Below are positions 21,419-30,917 of a DNA stretch of 64,000 nucleotides, piece after piece (the stretch's first letter is position 1; each line of letters starts with the position of its first letter). The position numbers and the translations under genes are program-made. The stretch is from Vicinamibacterales bacterium (GTDB lineage Bacteria > Acidobacteriota > Vicinamibacteria > Vicinamibacterales > SCN-69-37): assembly GCA_036675475.1 (NCBI GenBank), contig JAKFEY010000002.1:4459-68458 (forward strand), written 5' to 3'. The notes under the pieces were generated by a model. It saw nothing but the letters and a program-made list of their open reading frames with translations. It was not told where the DNA came from and made no database searches.

Positions 21419-23971
21419 ATGAAATATCGATTTGTCCTCGCGGCCGCCGTGCTCGTGGCGCTGCCTCCGGCAGTGTCCGCACAAACCACGCCGCCGCCCG
21501 CCGCGGCCCAGGCGCCTGCTGTCCAGCAGCAGCCGGCCGCGATGCCGCCGGCCGGATCGGGCCCGACCTTCCGGAACCTGTTTCCGCGATGCGAGCCCGA
21601 CAACGTGTGCCTCGTCGATCCGATGACGTATCTCTATTACATCGAGACGCGTCCGAGCGTGCCCAGCCAGAACCGCTGGGTGCCGTGGAGCAACGAGGTG
21701 GCCGAGTCGCTGCGGCGCGACTTCAACCGCCTGTGGGCCACCAACTTCCTCGAAGATCTGTCCATCGAAGTCGTCGACAGCACCTATCCGAATGGCGTGG
21801 TCGCCAAAGACGTCATCATCCACATGACCGAGCGTCAGCGGGTGAAGATCGTCGACTACCAGGGATCGAAGCAGGTCGAGACGAGCGCGATTGAAGAAAA
21901 ACTGCAGCAGGAGAACATCGTCCTGCGCATCGACACGTTCATCGACCCGCCGACGATTCGCCGCGTCGCCGGCATCGTGCGCGATCTCTACGCCGAGAAG
22001 GGCTATCAGTACGCCGAGGTCACGCCGGAGATCAAGCCGGTGGCGGGCGGCCCGAAGCTGGTGCACCTGACGTTCAACGTCACGGAAGGCCCGAAGGTCA
22101 AGATTCGCGAGGTCGACTTCGTCGGCAACAGCGCGATCAAGGACGGCAAGCTGCGCGGCAAGATGAAGGAGAACAAGGCCAAGGGCTGGCTCTCGTTCGT
22201 CACCGGCGGCGGCACCTATCAGGAAGCGAAGTTTGCCGAGGACGCGGAGCTGGTCACCGGGTACTACCTGGAGCAGGGCTACATCCGCGCGCGCGTCGGC
22301 CAGCCGCAGATTGAAATTCTCGAGGACTCGGAAGACGGCGCCACGCGCTGGGTGCGCCTGCGCGTGCCGGTCGACGAGGGCCCGCGCTATCGGGTCGGCC
22401 AGTTGTCGTTCGAAGGCAACACGATCATCAGCGACGAGAACTTCGCCACGCTGTTCAAGCTGAAGCCGGGCGACTGGTACAGCCACAAGAAGTTCATGAA
22501 GGGCCGCGAGAAGGCGCAGGAGGCGTATGGCGCCAACGGCTACATGGAATTCAACGCCTATCCGGACTTCCCGGATCTGACGGCCGAGGCGACGGCGCCG
22601 GCCGCCGCTGTCGAGGGTCAGCCTGCGGCTGCACCGAAGCCTGCGATGCCGCCCGGCACCGACGTCACCGACGTCATCGTGCGCGTCGAGGAAGGGCCGC
22701 AGTACTTCGTCAACCGCATCACCTTCGTCGGGAACACGACGACGCGCGACAGCGTCATCCGGCGCGACCTGCGGATCTACGAAGCCGGTGTGTTCAACAC
22801 CGAGGGCCTCAAGCAGAGCATCCGCCGCATCAATCAGCTCGGGTACTTCAAGCCGATTGAGGGCAACGAAGGCGTCAACATCGAGAAGGCGCCGGGCGCC
22901 GACAACAAGGTCGACGTCACGCTGCGCGTCGAGGAGCAGAACCGCAACCAGCTGACGTTCGGCGCCGGCGTGTCGCAGTTCGAGGGCTTCTTCGGCAACC
23001 TGTCGTTCCAGACGGCCAACTTCATGGGCCGCGGCGAGACGCTGTCGATTTCGCTGCAGCAGGGATCGCGCGCCAAGAACTATCAGATTGCGTTCAGCGA
23101 GCCGTATCTGTTCGACCGGCCGATCACGGCCGGGGTGGACATCTATGTGCGCGAAGTGCGCTACATCGGCCAGTTCACGCAGGCGTCGAAGGGCGGCAAC
23201 ACGGTGTGGGGCTTCCCGGTGGCGAACTTCACGCGCATGTTCGCCGGCTACAGCTACGAAGACACGGAGCTGAAGGACGTCGATCCGTTCTTCGATCCGA
23301 AGGTGCTGGCGCAGTACCTGCTGCTCGGCGACGAGGGCCGCCGCGTGGTCAGCAAGATCTCGCCGAGCATCGTGCACAACACGGTGGACAATCCGATCTT
23401 CGCGAGCCAGGGCAAGCGCTACAGCGCGTCGTTCGATCTGGCCGGCATCGGCGGCACCGAAAGCTTCTGGAGCACGCGGCTCGAGGGCATCCAGTACGTG
23501 CCGCTGTCGCGCCGCATCTCGCTCGGCTTCCGCGTGCAGGGCGAGTACATCCGCCCGTACGGCGACACCGTGGCGACGGGGCTGCCGATTTACGAAAAGC
23601 TGTTCCTCGGCGGCGAGTACAGCGTGCGCGGCTTCGACATCCGCACCATCTCGCCGCGCGACGCGAGCGGCTTCATCATCGGCGGCAACAAGAGCCTGCT
23701 GTTCAACGGCGAGTTCCTGGTGAACGTCGGCGGCCCGGTGCGGGCGCTGCTGTTCTACGACGCCGGCCAGGTGCAGCCGTCGGGCACGCGGCTGCGGTTC
23801 CCCGACTTCAAGACGTCCACCGGCGCGGAAGTCCGCTTCTTCATGCCGGTGCTCAACGTGCCGTTCCGGCTGATTTTTGCCTATAACCCGCAGCGCGACG
23901 GGATTTTTGACAACCAGCTGCTGCCGCAGAAGAAATTCACGTTCAAGTTCGCAGTAGGATCAACGTTCTAA
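21419..23971 (+). CDS. bamA: Outer membrane protein assembly factor BamA
   Basis: POTRA repeats (GN.TTRD.VIRR), NF.GRG, FLGGEYSVRGF, C-terminal GSTF. Confidence 0.95.
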   Translation: MKYRFVLAAAVLVALPPAVSAQTTPPPAAAQAPAVQQQPAAMPPAGSGPTFRNLFPRCEPDNVCLVDPMTYLYYIETRPSVPSQNRWVPWSNEVAESLRRDFNRLWATNFLEDLSIEVVDSTYPNGVVAKDVIIHMTERQRVKIVDYQGSKQVETSAIEEKLQQENIVLRIDTFIDPPTIRRVAGIVRDLYAEKGYQYAEVTPEIKPVAGGPKLVHLTFNVTEGPKVKIREVDFVGNSAIKDGKLRGKMKENKAKGWLSFVTGGGTYQEAKFAEDAELVTGYYLEQGYIRARVGQPQIEILEDSEDGATRWVRLRVPVDEGPRYRVGQLSFEGNTIISDENFATLFKLKPGDWYSHKKFMKGREKAQEAYGANGYMEFNAYPDFPDLTAEATAPAAAVEGQPAAAPKPAMPPGTDVTDVIVRVEEGPQYFVNRITFVGNTTTRDSVIRRDLRIYEAGVFNTEGLKQSIRRINQLGYFKPIEGNEGVNIEKAPGADNKVDVTLRVEEQNRNQLTFGAGVSQFEGFFGNLSFQTANFMGRGETLSISLQQGSRAKNYQIAFSEPYLFDRPITAGVDIYVREVRYIGQFTQASKGGNTVWGFPVANFTRMFAGYSYEDTELKDVDPFFDPKVLAQYLLLGDEGRRVVSKISPSIVHNTVDNPIFASQGKRYSASFDLAGIGGTESFWSTRLEGIQYVPLSRRISLGFRVQGEYIRPYGDTVATGLPIYEKLFLGGEYSVRGFDIRTISPRDASGFIIGGNKSLLFNGEFLVNVGGPVRALLFYDAGQVQPSGTRLRFPDFKTSTGAEVRFFMPVLNVPFRLIFAYNPQRDGIFDNQLLPQKKFTFKFAVGSTF

Positions 23972-23995
23972 GACTGAAGACCGAAGACTGAAGAC
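23970..23995. repeat. Heptamer array AAGACTG x about 3.7
   Basis: aagactg aagaccg aagactg aagac. Confidence 0.8.
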
Positions 23996-24011
23996 ACAAG
24001 GACTTGTAGAT

Positions 24012-24617
24012 ATGAAGCTCAGAGCAGGTACTTTCGTGCTGGCGGCCGTCATCATGGCGGCCCCGGCATTCGCGCAGACTCAGACCCAGACGCCGCCGCC
24101 GCCGAAGCCGGCCACGCCGGCCGCGCCCGCCCCGCAGGCGCCGGCGCCCGTGCCGTTCCCGGAGGGTGCGAAGGTCGCGTTCATCGACTTCCAGCGCATC
24201 GCGTCGGAGTCCGAGCTCGGCAAGGCCGCCGCCGGCAAGATTCTGGACTTCCAGAAGAAGAAGCAGGCGGAGGGCCAGGAGAAGAACAAGCAGCTGCAGG
24301 CCATGCTCGACAAGCAGAAGACGCAGGCGTCGGTGCTGAGCGAGGCGGCCATGAAGCAGCTCGAGCTCGACATCGCGAAGCAGCAGCGCGATCTGCAGTA
24401 CTTCCAGAACGAGGCGCAGGCCGAGGCCGAAACGCTCAACGCCGACCTCATGCGCGAGTTCCAGCAGAAGGTGCTGCCGCTCGTGCAGGCCCTGGCCACC
24501 GAGCGCGGCCTGCACCTCGTGCTCGACGCGCAGAACTCGGGTCTCGTGTTCGCGAACCCGGGCCTCGACCTGACGCGCGAAGTCATCACGCGCGCCAACG
24601 CGACGCTCAAGAAATAG
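24012..24617 (+). CDS. skp: Skp/OmpH periplasmic chaperone
   Basis: Signal peptide, KVAFID.QRI..S..GK, coiled coil, DLT.EVI; follows bamA. Confidence 0.9.
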   Translation: MKLRAGTFVLAAVIMAAPAFAQTQTQTPPPPKPATPAAPAPQAPAPVPFPEGAKVAFIDFQRIASESELGKAAAGKILDFQKKKQAEGQEKNKQLQAMLDKQKTQASVLSEAAMKQLELDIAKQQRDLQYFQNEAQAEAETLNADLMREFQQKVLPLVQALATERGLHLVLDAQNSGLVFANPGLDLTREVITRANATLKK

Positions 24618-24718
24618 ACCAGAGGCCAGAGGCCAGAGACCAGAGGCCTGAAGATGAGCCGCGCGAGCGTTGTCTCGCGCGGCTGAGCCCTAGGGCCTAT
24701 GGCCCCTGGCCCCTGGCC
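24617..24718. repeat. Inverted GGCCAGA heptamer arms around a GC-rich hairpin
   Basis: 5 units at 24617-24651, hairpin agccgcgcgag/ctcgcgcggct at 24657-24684, 4 inverted units at 24691-24718. Confidence 0.85.
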
Positions 24719-24735
24719 TGATAAAGTCACTCCCA

Positions 24736-25995
24736 GTGTCACCCTCCATCCACGCCACCCTCGACCGCCTCAGCTATCGCTATCCGTCGCTGCTGGTCGA
24801 TGCCGTGACCGAGCACGAACCGGGCAAGCGCCTGGTGGCCGTCAAGAACGTCACGGTCAACGAAGATTTTTTTCAGGGACATTTCCCGGGCACGCCGGTC
24901 ATGCCGGGCGTGCTGATGATCGAGTCGCTGACGCAGGTGGCGACGCTGCTGCTGCTGTCGACCGGCACGCCATCGGGCGGCGCCGGTAATGTCGGCCGGG
25001 CGTTCCTGCGCGGCGTCGAGAACGCGAAGTTCCGCCGCCAGGTCGTGCCGGGCGATCGCGTGCGCCTCGAGGTCTCGCTCGGGCGCCGCCGCGGGCGCAT
25101 CGCGCGCGCGTCGGGCATCGCCTACGTCGGCGAGCACATCGTCGCCGAAGCCGATCTGATTCTCGCGATCACGCGGCACGCCTCGATTCATCCGACGGCC
25201 ATCATCGGCGAGGGCGCCGAGGTGGGCGAGGGCACCGTCATCGGCCCGTACGCCGTGGTCGGCCCGCACGTGAAGATCGGCCGCGATTGCCATATCGACT
25301 CGGGCGCCGTGATCGACGGCTGGACGTCGGTGGGCGACGGCACGCGCATCTTCCCGTACGCGTCGGTGGGCCTGATTCCGCAGGACCTGAAGTTCAAGGG
25401 CGAGATGACGCGCCTCGAGATCGGGGCGCGCAACCTCATTCGCGAGTTCGTCACCATCCACCGCGGCACGCAGGGTGGCGGCGGCGTGACGACCATCGGC
25501 GACGACAACGTGTTCATGGCGTATGCGCACGTGGCGCACGACTGCCACGTCGGCCACCAGACGATCTTCGGCAACGGCGCCACGCTCGGCGGCCACGTCA
25601 CCGTCGAGGACTTCGCCACCATCAGCGCGTTCTCGGGCATCCACCAGTTCTGCCGCGTCGGCCGCCACGCCTTCATCGGCGGCTTCTCGGTGGTCACGAA
25701 AGACGCGCTGCCGTACGCGAAGACCGTGGGCAACCGCGCGCGCATCTACGGCTTGAACACCATCGGTCTCGCGCGCCGCGGTTTCTCGAACGAGCTGCTG
25801 GCGAAGCTGAAGAAGACCTACCGGTACCTGCTGACCTCGAAGCTGAACACCAGCCGCGCCCTCGAAAAGATCGAGCGCGACCCGGCCCTCAGCTGCCCGG
25901 AGGTTCAGTACCTCGTCGACTTCATCCGCGACTCACAGCGCGGCGTCATCCTCCGGCGCCCCGTGCGCAAGGTGGAGGAGATGGTTGAAGACTAA
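24736..25995 (+). CDS. lpxA: FabZ-LpxA fusion (3-hydroxyacyl-ACP dehydratase / UDP-GlcNAc acyltransferase)
   Basis: RYP.LLVD, KNVTVNE.FF.GHFPG.PVMPGVL.IE; then IHPTAII hexapeptide repeats, PQDLKF, HVAHDC, HQF in one frame. Confidence 0.92.
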   Translation: MSPSIHATLDRLSYRYPSLLVDAVTEHEPGKRLVAVKNVTVNEDFFQGHFPGTPVMPGVLMIESLTQVATLLLLSTGTPSGGAGNVGRAFLRGVENAKFRRQVVPGDRVRLEVSLGRRRGRIARASGIAYVGEHIVAEADLILAITRHASIHPTAIIGEGAEVGEGTVIGPYAVVGPHVKIGRDCHIDSGAVIDGWTSVGDGTRIFPYASVGLIPQDLKFKGEMTRLEIGARNLIREFVTIHRGTQGGGGVTTIGDDNVFMAYAHVAHDCHVGHQTIFGNGATLGGHVTVEDFATISAFSGIHQFCRVGRHAFIGGFSVVTKDALPYAKTVGNRARIYGLNTIGLARRGFSNELLAKLKKTYRYLLTSKLNTSRALEKIERDPALSCPEVQYLVDFIRDSQRGVILRRPVRKVEEMVED

Positions 25996-26057
25996 TGGAA
26001 AGTGGAAAATGGAAAATGGAAAATGCTATTTCCAGTTTCCACTTTCCAATTTCCATT
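25994..26057. repeat. Inverted heptamer hairpin (AATGGAA x4 / TTCCAnT x4)
   Basis: AT-rich arms read directly. Confidence 0.9.
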
Positions 26058-26065
26058 GATCTGTT

Positions 26066-26881
26066 ATGCGCCTGGGTTTGATCGCCGGCAACGGCCGATT
26101 CCCCTTCCTCATCGTCGAGGCTGCCCGCCAGATGGGCCGGCCGCTCAGTGTCGTGGCCATCAAGGACGAGGCGTTTCCCGAGCTCGAGGCCGAGATTGGG
26201 AAGGGTGACGGGCGCGTCGAGTGGATTGCGCTCGGGCAGCTGGGCAAGGCGATCAAGTTCCTGAAAAGCGAAGGCGTCACCGAGGCCGTCATGGCCGGGC
26301 AGGTGAAGCACGTGAAGATCTTCGGTGACGTGATGCCGGACTTCACGCTGCTGTCGGTGCTGATGAAGCTCAAGTCGAAGAACACCGACGCGCTGATTTC
26401 CGCGGTCGCGGAAGTGATGCAGGAGCAGGGCATCAGCCTGATCGATTCGACCGCGCTCCTCGCGCCGATGCTGGCGGGCGCGGGCGTGCTGACCGCGCGC
26501 GCGCCGAGTGACGCCGAGCGGGCCGACATCGACTTCGGCTACGCCGCCGCCGATGCCATCGCGGGGCTCGACATCGGCCAGACGATCGTCGTGAAGGACA
26601 AGGCGGTCGTCGCCGTCGAGGCCATGGAAGGCACCGACGCGGCCATCGCCCGCGCGGGCGGTCTCGCGGGCACCGGCTGTTCGGTGGTCAAAGTGGCGAA
26701 GCCGAATCAGGACATGCGCTTCGACGTGCCCGTCGTCGGCATGGCCACGATCGACGCGATGCGCGCCGCGGGCGCCACGGCCCTGTCGCTCGACGCAGGC
26801 AAGGCCCTGATTTTCGACCGCGCCGCATTCGTTGCGGCCGCCGACGCCGCCGGCATTGCGGTGATCGGGAGGCAGAAATGA
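26066..26881 (+). CDS. lpxI: UDP-2,3-diacylglucosamine pyrophosphatase LpxI
   Basis: [38 protein letters not shown]. Confidence 0.92.
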   Translation: MRLGLIAGNGRFPFLIVEAARQMGRPLSVVAIKDEAFPELEAEIGKGDGRVEWIALGQLGKAIKFLKSEGVTEAVMAGQVKHVKIFGDVMPDFTLLSVLMKLKSKNTDALISAVAEVMQEQGISLIDSTALLAPMLAGAGVLTARAPSDAERADIDFGYAAADAIAGLDIGQTIVVKDKAVVAVEAMEGTDAAIARAGGLAGTGCSVVKVAKPNQDMRFDVPVVGMATIDAMRAAGATALSLDAGKALIFDRAAFVAAADAAGIAVIGRQK

Positions 26882-27813
26882 GCGACCTGCGCGCCGCCGT
26901 GATTGGGGCGGGGCACCTGGGGCGCCATCATGCGCGCATTCTCGGCTCCACGCCCGGCGTGAAGCTGGTCGCCGTCGTCGATCGCGACAGGGCGCGCGCC
27001 GAGCAGCATGCCGGGGCGTCAGGCGCCGCGGTGTTGACCGACGCCGGTGAGCTGGCGGCGATGGCGCTCGATGCCGTCTGCGTGGCCGTGCCTACCGAAG
27101 CGCACCTCGAAGTCGCGCTGCCGCTGCTCGCGCGCGGCATCGGCGTGCTGGTCGAGAAGCCGATGACGCGCTCGCTCGACGAGGCGGATCGCATGATCGA
27201 GGCGGCGAAGGCCGGCGGGGCCGTGCTGGCCGTCGGGCACACCGAACGCTTCAATCCCGCTGTCGAAGCCGCGCTGCCGCACGTCACCGCGCCGAAATTC
27301 ATCGAAGTCCATCGCCTCTCGCCGTTTCCGGAGCGCAGCCTCGACATCGACGTGATTTTCGACCTGATGATTCACGACCTCGACATCGTCCGTGCCATGG
27401 TGCGGTCGGAGGTCGCTGACCTCGAGGCGGTCGGCGTGCCGGTGCTGAGTCCGCGCTTCGACATCGCCAACGTGCGCCTGCGCTTCGAGTCGGGCTGCAT
27501 CGCGAATCTCACCGCGAGCCGCATCAGCAAGGACCGCGTCCGCAAGCTGCGCGTCTTTCAGCGCGACGCCTACATCTCGATCGACTACGCCGAGCAGCAG
27601 GTCGAGGCGTATCGGCTCGATCGCCGCGGCGGGCGTCCGGCCATCGGCGGCGGAACGCTGCCGATCGAAAAGGAAGAGCCGCTGCGGCGCGAAATCGAGG
27701 ACTTCCTGGGCGCCGTGCGCGAGAAGCGCGCGCCCCGCGTGACGGGCGAGGACGGCCGGGCGGCACTTGCGCTGGCCGGCCGCATCGCCGGGGCCATGGT
27801 TGCAGTAACCTAG
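26878..27813 (+). CDS. Gfo/Idh/MocA oxidoreductase (GnnA-like, UDP-GlcNAc 3-dehydrogenase candidate)
   Basis: [32 protein letters not shown]; lipid A operon context. Confidence 0.8.
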   Translation: MSDLRAAVIGAGHLGRHHARILGSTPGVKLVAVVDRDRARAEQHAGASGAAVLTDAGELAAMALDAVCVAVPTEAHLEVALPLLARGIGVLVEKPMTRSLDEADRMIEAAKAGGAVLAVGHTERFNPAVEAALPHVTAPKFIEVHRLSPFPERSLDIDVIFDLMIHDLDIVRAMVRSEVADLEAVGVPVLSPRFDIANVRLRFESGCIANLTASRISKDRVRKLRVFQRDAYISIDYAEQQVEAYRLDRRGGRPAIGGGTLPIEKEEPLRREIEDFLGAVREKRAPRVTGEDGRAALALAGRIAGAMVAVT

Positions 27814-27821
27814 ACAGTTGG

Positions 27822-29279
27822 ATGTCCTACGCAGACCTCAATTCCTTCATAGCTGACCTCGAGAAGCGCCAGGAGCTCGCGCGCGTCGCTGAGCCCGTCG
27901 ATCCGAATCTCGAGATCGCCGCCATTACCGACCGCGTGTCGAAGTCGCCGGGCGGCGGTCCCGCGCTGTTGTTCGAAAACCCGCGCGGGTATGACGTGCC
28001 CGTCGCCATCAACATGTTCGGGTCGCTCCGCCGCACCTGCCTGGCGCTGGGCGTCGAGAAGCTCGACGACCTCGCGCATCAGATCGAGGAGCTGACCAGC
28101 CCGAAGCTGCCGTCCGGCCTCTTCGACGCGATGAAGATGCTGCCGATGCTCGGCCGCCTCAAGGACGCCGCCCCGAAGACGGTTTCGGATGGCCCCTGCC
28201 AGGAAGTCGTGAAAGAGAACGGCACGCTCGACGAGCTGCCGATCCTGACGTGCTGGCCCGAGGACGGCGGCAAGTACATCACGTGGCCGCTCGTGTTCAC
28301 GCGCGATCCCGAAACGGGCATGCGCAACATCGGCACCTACCGCATGCAGGTGTACGACGGCCGCACCACCGGTATGCACTGGCAGCGGCACAAGGGCGGC
28401 GCGCAGCACCACCGCGTGGCCGAGCGCATGGGGAAGCGGCTCGAAGTCGCCGTCGCCATCGGGCCCGACCCCGTGCTGTCGTACTGCTCCACGGCGCCGA
28501 TGCCCGAAGGGCTCGACGAGCTGATGCTCGCCGGCATTCTCGGCCGCCGCCGCGTCGAGCTCGTGAAGTGCCGCACCGTGAACCTCGAGGTGCCGGCGAA
28601 CTCGCAGTACGTGCTCGAGGGCTACGTCGAACCCGGCGAGCGCCGGCGCGAAGGGCCGTTCGGCGATCACACCGGCTTCTATTCATTGGCCGACGACTTC
28701 CCGGTGTTCCACCTCACGTGCATCACGCACCGGAAGAAGCCGATCTACCACACCACCGTCGTCGGCATTCCGCCGATGGAGGACTACTACGTCGGCCTTG
28801 CGAGCGAGCGCATCTTCCTGCCGCTCATCAAGAAGACGCTGCCCGAAATCGTCGACATGCATTTCCCGGCGGCCGGCATCTTCCACAACATCGTGCTCAT
28901 CTCGATCGACAAGCGCTATCCCGGGCACGCGCGCAAGATCATGAACGCCGTGTGGGGACTCGGACAGCTGATGTTCTCCAAGTGCGTCATCGTCGTCGAC
29001 AAGGACGTCGACGTCCAGAACGAGGCGGAAGTCGCCTGGATCGTGGGCACGCACTTCGACGCCGCGCGCGACGTCGTCATCACCACCGGCCCGGTGGATG
29101 ACCTGGACGATGCGGCGCTGATGCCGGCGTTCGGCGGCAAGATGGGTATCGACGCCACGCGCACGTGGCCGTCGGAAGGCTTCACGCGCGAATGGCCGAA
29201 GCGGTTGACGACCACGGAAGCGGCCGGAAGGAAGGCGGCGGAAGTGTGGAGCCGCATCAGTCAGGGGTGGAAGCCATGA
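27822..29279 (+). CDS. UbiD-family menaquinone biosynthesis decarboxylase (MqnL-like)
   Basis: GPALLFEN, EGPFGDHTGFY, IDKRYPGHA, KMGIDAT; mqn context. Confidence 0.92.
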   Translation: MSYADLNSFIADLEKRQELARVAEPVDPNLEIAAITDRVSKSPGGGPALLFENPRGYDVPVAINMFGSLRRTCLALGVEKLDDLAHQIEELTSPKLPSGLFDAMKMLPMLGRLKDAAPKTVSDGPCQEVVKENGTLDELPILTCWPEDGGKYITWPLVFTRDPETGMRNIGTYRMQVYDGRTTGMHWQRHKGGAQHHRVAERMGKRLEVAVAIGPDPVLSYCSTAPMPEGLDELMLAGILGRRRVELVKCRTVNLEVPANSQYVLEGYVEPGERRREGPFGDHTGFYSLADDFPVFHLTCITHRKKPIYHTTVVGIPPMEDYYVGLASERIFLPLIKKTLPEIVDMHFPAAGIFHNIVLISIDKRYPGHARKIMNAVWGLGQLMFSKCVIVVDKDVDVQNEAEVAWIVGTHFDAARDVVITTGPVDDLDDAALMPAFGGKMGIDATRTWPSEGFTREWPKRLTTTEAAGRKAAEVWSRISQGWKP

Positions 29280-30112
29280 CCCGGGCGGAGGTCGACAAGC
29301 TGCTCGCGTCATCGAATCTGCTCGAGATCGGTCAGCGCGCCGACGAGGCGCGGCGCCAGCGCCACGGCAACCGGTCGACGTATGTGACCGTGTTCGAAAT
29401 CCGCGTCGACGCCGACGAGCCGCGCGCGCAGGAAGTGCCCGAGGGGGCAAAGGAAGTACGCCTGGTGGGACGGCCGCGCTCGGTCGACGAGGCGGAAGCG
29501 GCCGTCGTCGGCGCGAAGGCGATTGCCGGCGATCGCGCGCTGACTGGATTTTCACTGGCGGACCTCGTGTCGCTGGCGGCCGACGCGCGGCTGACGCTGC
29601 GCGACATCGCGGGCCGCCTGTTGTCCGCCGGCCTCGAATCGGTCGCGGAAGTGCCGGTCGATCTGCTCGTCGATCCGCTGCGCGCGGTTGGCGATCTGCT
29701 GGCCGGCGGGCTTCCCGCCTGGCGCGTCGTCGTGAGCCGCGCGCCCTGGGACGATCGGCTGGCGCTCATCGAGCGTGTGCGCGATCTGCAGCAGGCCACG
29801 GGCGCCGTGAAGGCGTTCGCGCCGCTGCCGCGGGTCGACGATCGCGCGGCGCCGTCCACCGGCTTCGATGACGTGCGTACGATTGCCGCGGCGCGCCTGC
29901 TGTGCGACGTCGCGCACATCCAGGTGGACTGGCCGCTCTATGGCCCGAAGCTGGCGCAGGTCGCGCTGACCTATGGCGCCGACGATGTGGACGGCGTGTC
30001 GGCCGTGGATGCGCTCGGCCTCGGGTGGCGCCGCGCGCCGGTGGAGGACGTCGAGCGCAACATCATCGCGGCCGGCCACGAAGCGGTGCTCCGATCGGGC
30101 CGGTTGGCGTGA
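29276..30112 (+). CDS. MqnE/CofH-like protein lacking the radical-SAM CxxxCxxC motif
   Basis: LLEIG..AD..R...HG N-terminus and DD.RTIA.ARL...HI...W..G.KLAQVAL.YGADD.DG C-terminus; only one Cys. Confidence 0.75.
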   Translation: MTRAEVDKLLASSNLLEIGQRADEARRQRHGNRSTYVTVFEIRVDADEPRAQEVPEGAKEVRLVGRPRSVDEAEAAVVGAKAIAGDRALTGFSLADLVSLAADARLTLRDIAGRLLSAGLESVAEVPVDLLVDPLRAVGDLLAGGLPAWRVVVSRAPWDDRLALIERVRDLQQATGAVKAFAPLPRVDDRAAPSTGFDDVRTIAAARLLCDVAHIQVDWPLYGPKLAQVALTYGADDVDGVSAVDALGLGWRRAPVEDVERNIIAAGHEAVLRSGRLA

Positions 30113-30915
30113 CGCCGGTTCGCCTCGGCGCGGTCGACTATCTGAACGTGCGCCCGCTCGTCGCGGGGCTCGATCAGGAGCCGATGTTCGCGCTGCGCTT
30201 CGATCCGCCGTCGCTGTGCGCGCGGCTGCTGCACGACGGCGACATCGATCTGGGCATGATTCCCACGATTGCGTACCAGCATCGCGAGGGCTACCGCGTG
30301 GTGCCCGGCGCGGCGATTGCGTCGGAAGGCCCGGTAGCGTCGGTCGCACTCTTCACGAAAGTGCCGCTCGAAAAGATCACGCGCGTGGCGGCAGACACCA
30401 GTTCCAACACGTCGGTGGCACTGCTGCGGGTGCTGTCGGCGGAGCGCTTCGGCATTGGTCCCGAGCTCGTGCCCGCGGCGCCAGATCTCAAGGCGATGAC
30501 GGAGCAGGCGGAGGCCGCGCTGCTCATCGGCGATCCCGCGCTCTTCACCGATCACGCGGCGCTCGGACTCGAGAAGATCGATCTCGGCACGGAGTGGACC
30601 GCCATGACCGGCCTGCCGTTCGTGTGGGCGTTCTGGGCGGGCAGGGAAGGCGCGGTTGACGCGGCCGGCGTGGCGCGGCTGCAGCAGGCGCGGCGCGAGG
30701 GTGAGGCCCGTTCGGATGGGCTCGCCGCGGACTATGCCGAGGCCTACTCCCGCCGGAGCGGAATCCCGGCCGACCCGCAGCTGGCGGCGCGCTATCTGAG
30801 GGAGAATATCAAGTACGATCTGGGCGAGCGGGAGGTTGCCGCCGTCGAGCGCTTTCACGCGAGCGCGCTCGCACTCGGCGTGGTGACCCGCGCCGAGCCC
30901 ATTCGCTTCTTTTAA
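30109..30915 (+). CDS. mqnA: Chorismate dehydratase MqnA
   Basis: G.V.YLN..PL, G.V.SV, S.TSV.L, LLIGD.AL, DLG.EW...TGLPFV.A.W. Confidence 0.9.
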   Translation: MTPVRLGAVDYLNVRPLVAGLDQEPMFALRFDPPSLCARLLHDGDIDLGMIPTIAYQHREGYRVVPGAAIASEGPVASVALFTKVPLEKITRVAADTSSNTSVALLRVLSAERFGIGPELVPAAPDLKAMTEQAEAALLIGDPALFTDHAALGLEKIDLGTEWTAMTGLPFVWAFWAGREGAVDAAGVARLQQARREGEARSDGLAADYAEAYSRRSGIPADPQLAARYLRENIKYDLGEREVAAVERFHASALALGVVTRAEPIRFF

Positions 30916-30917
30916 TC

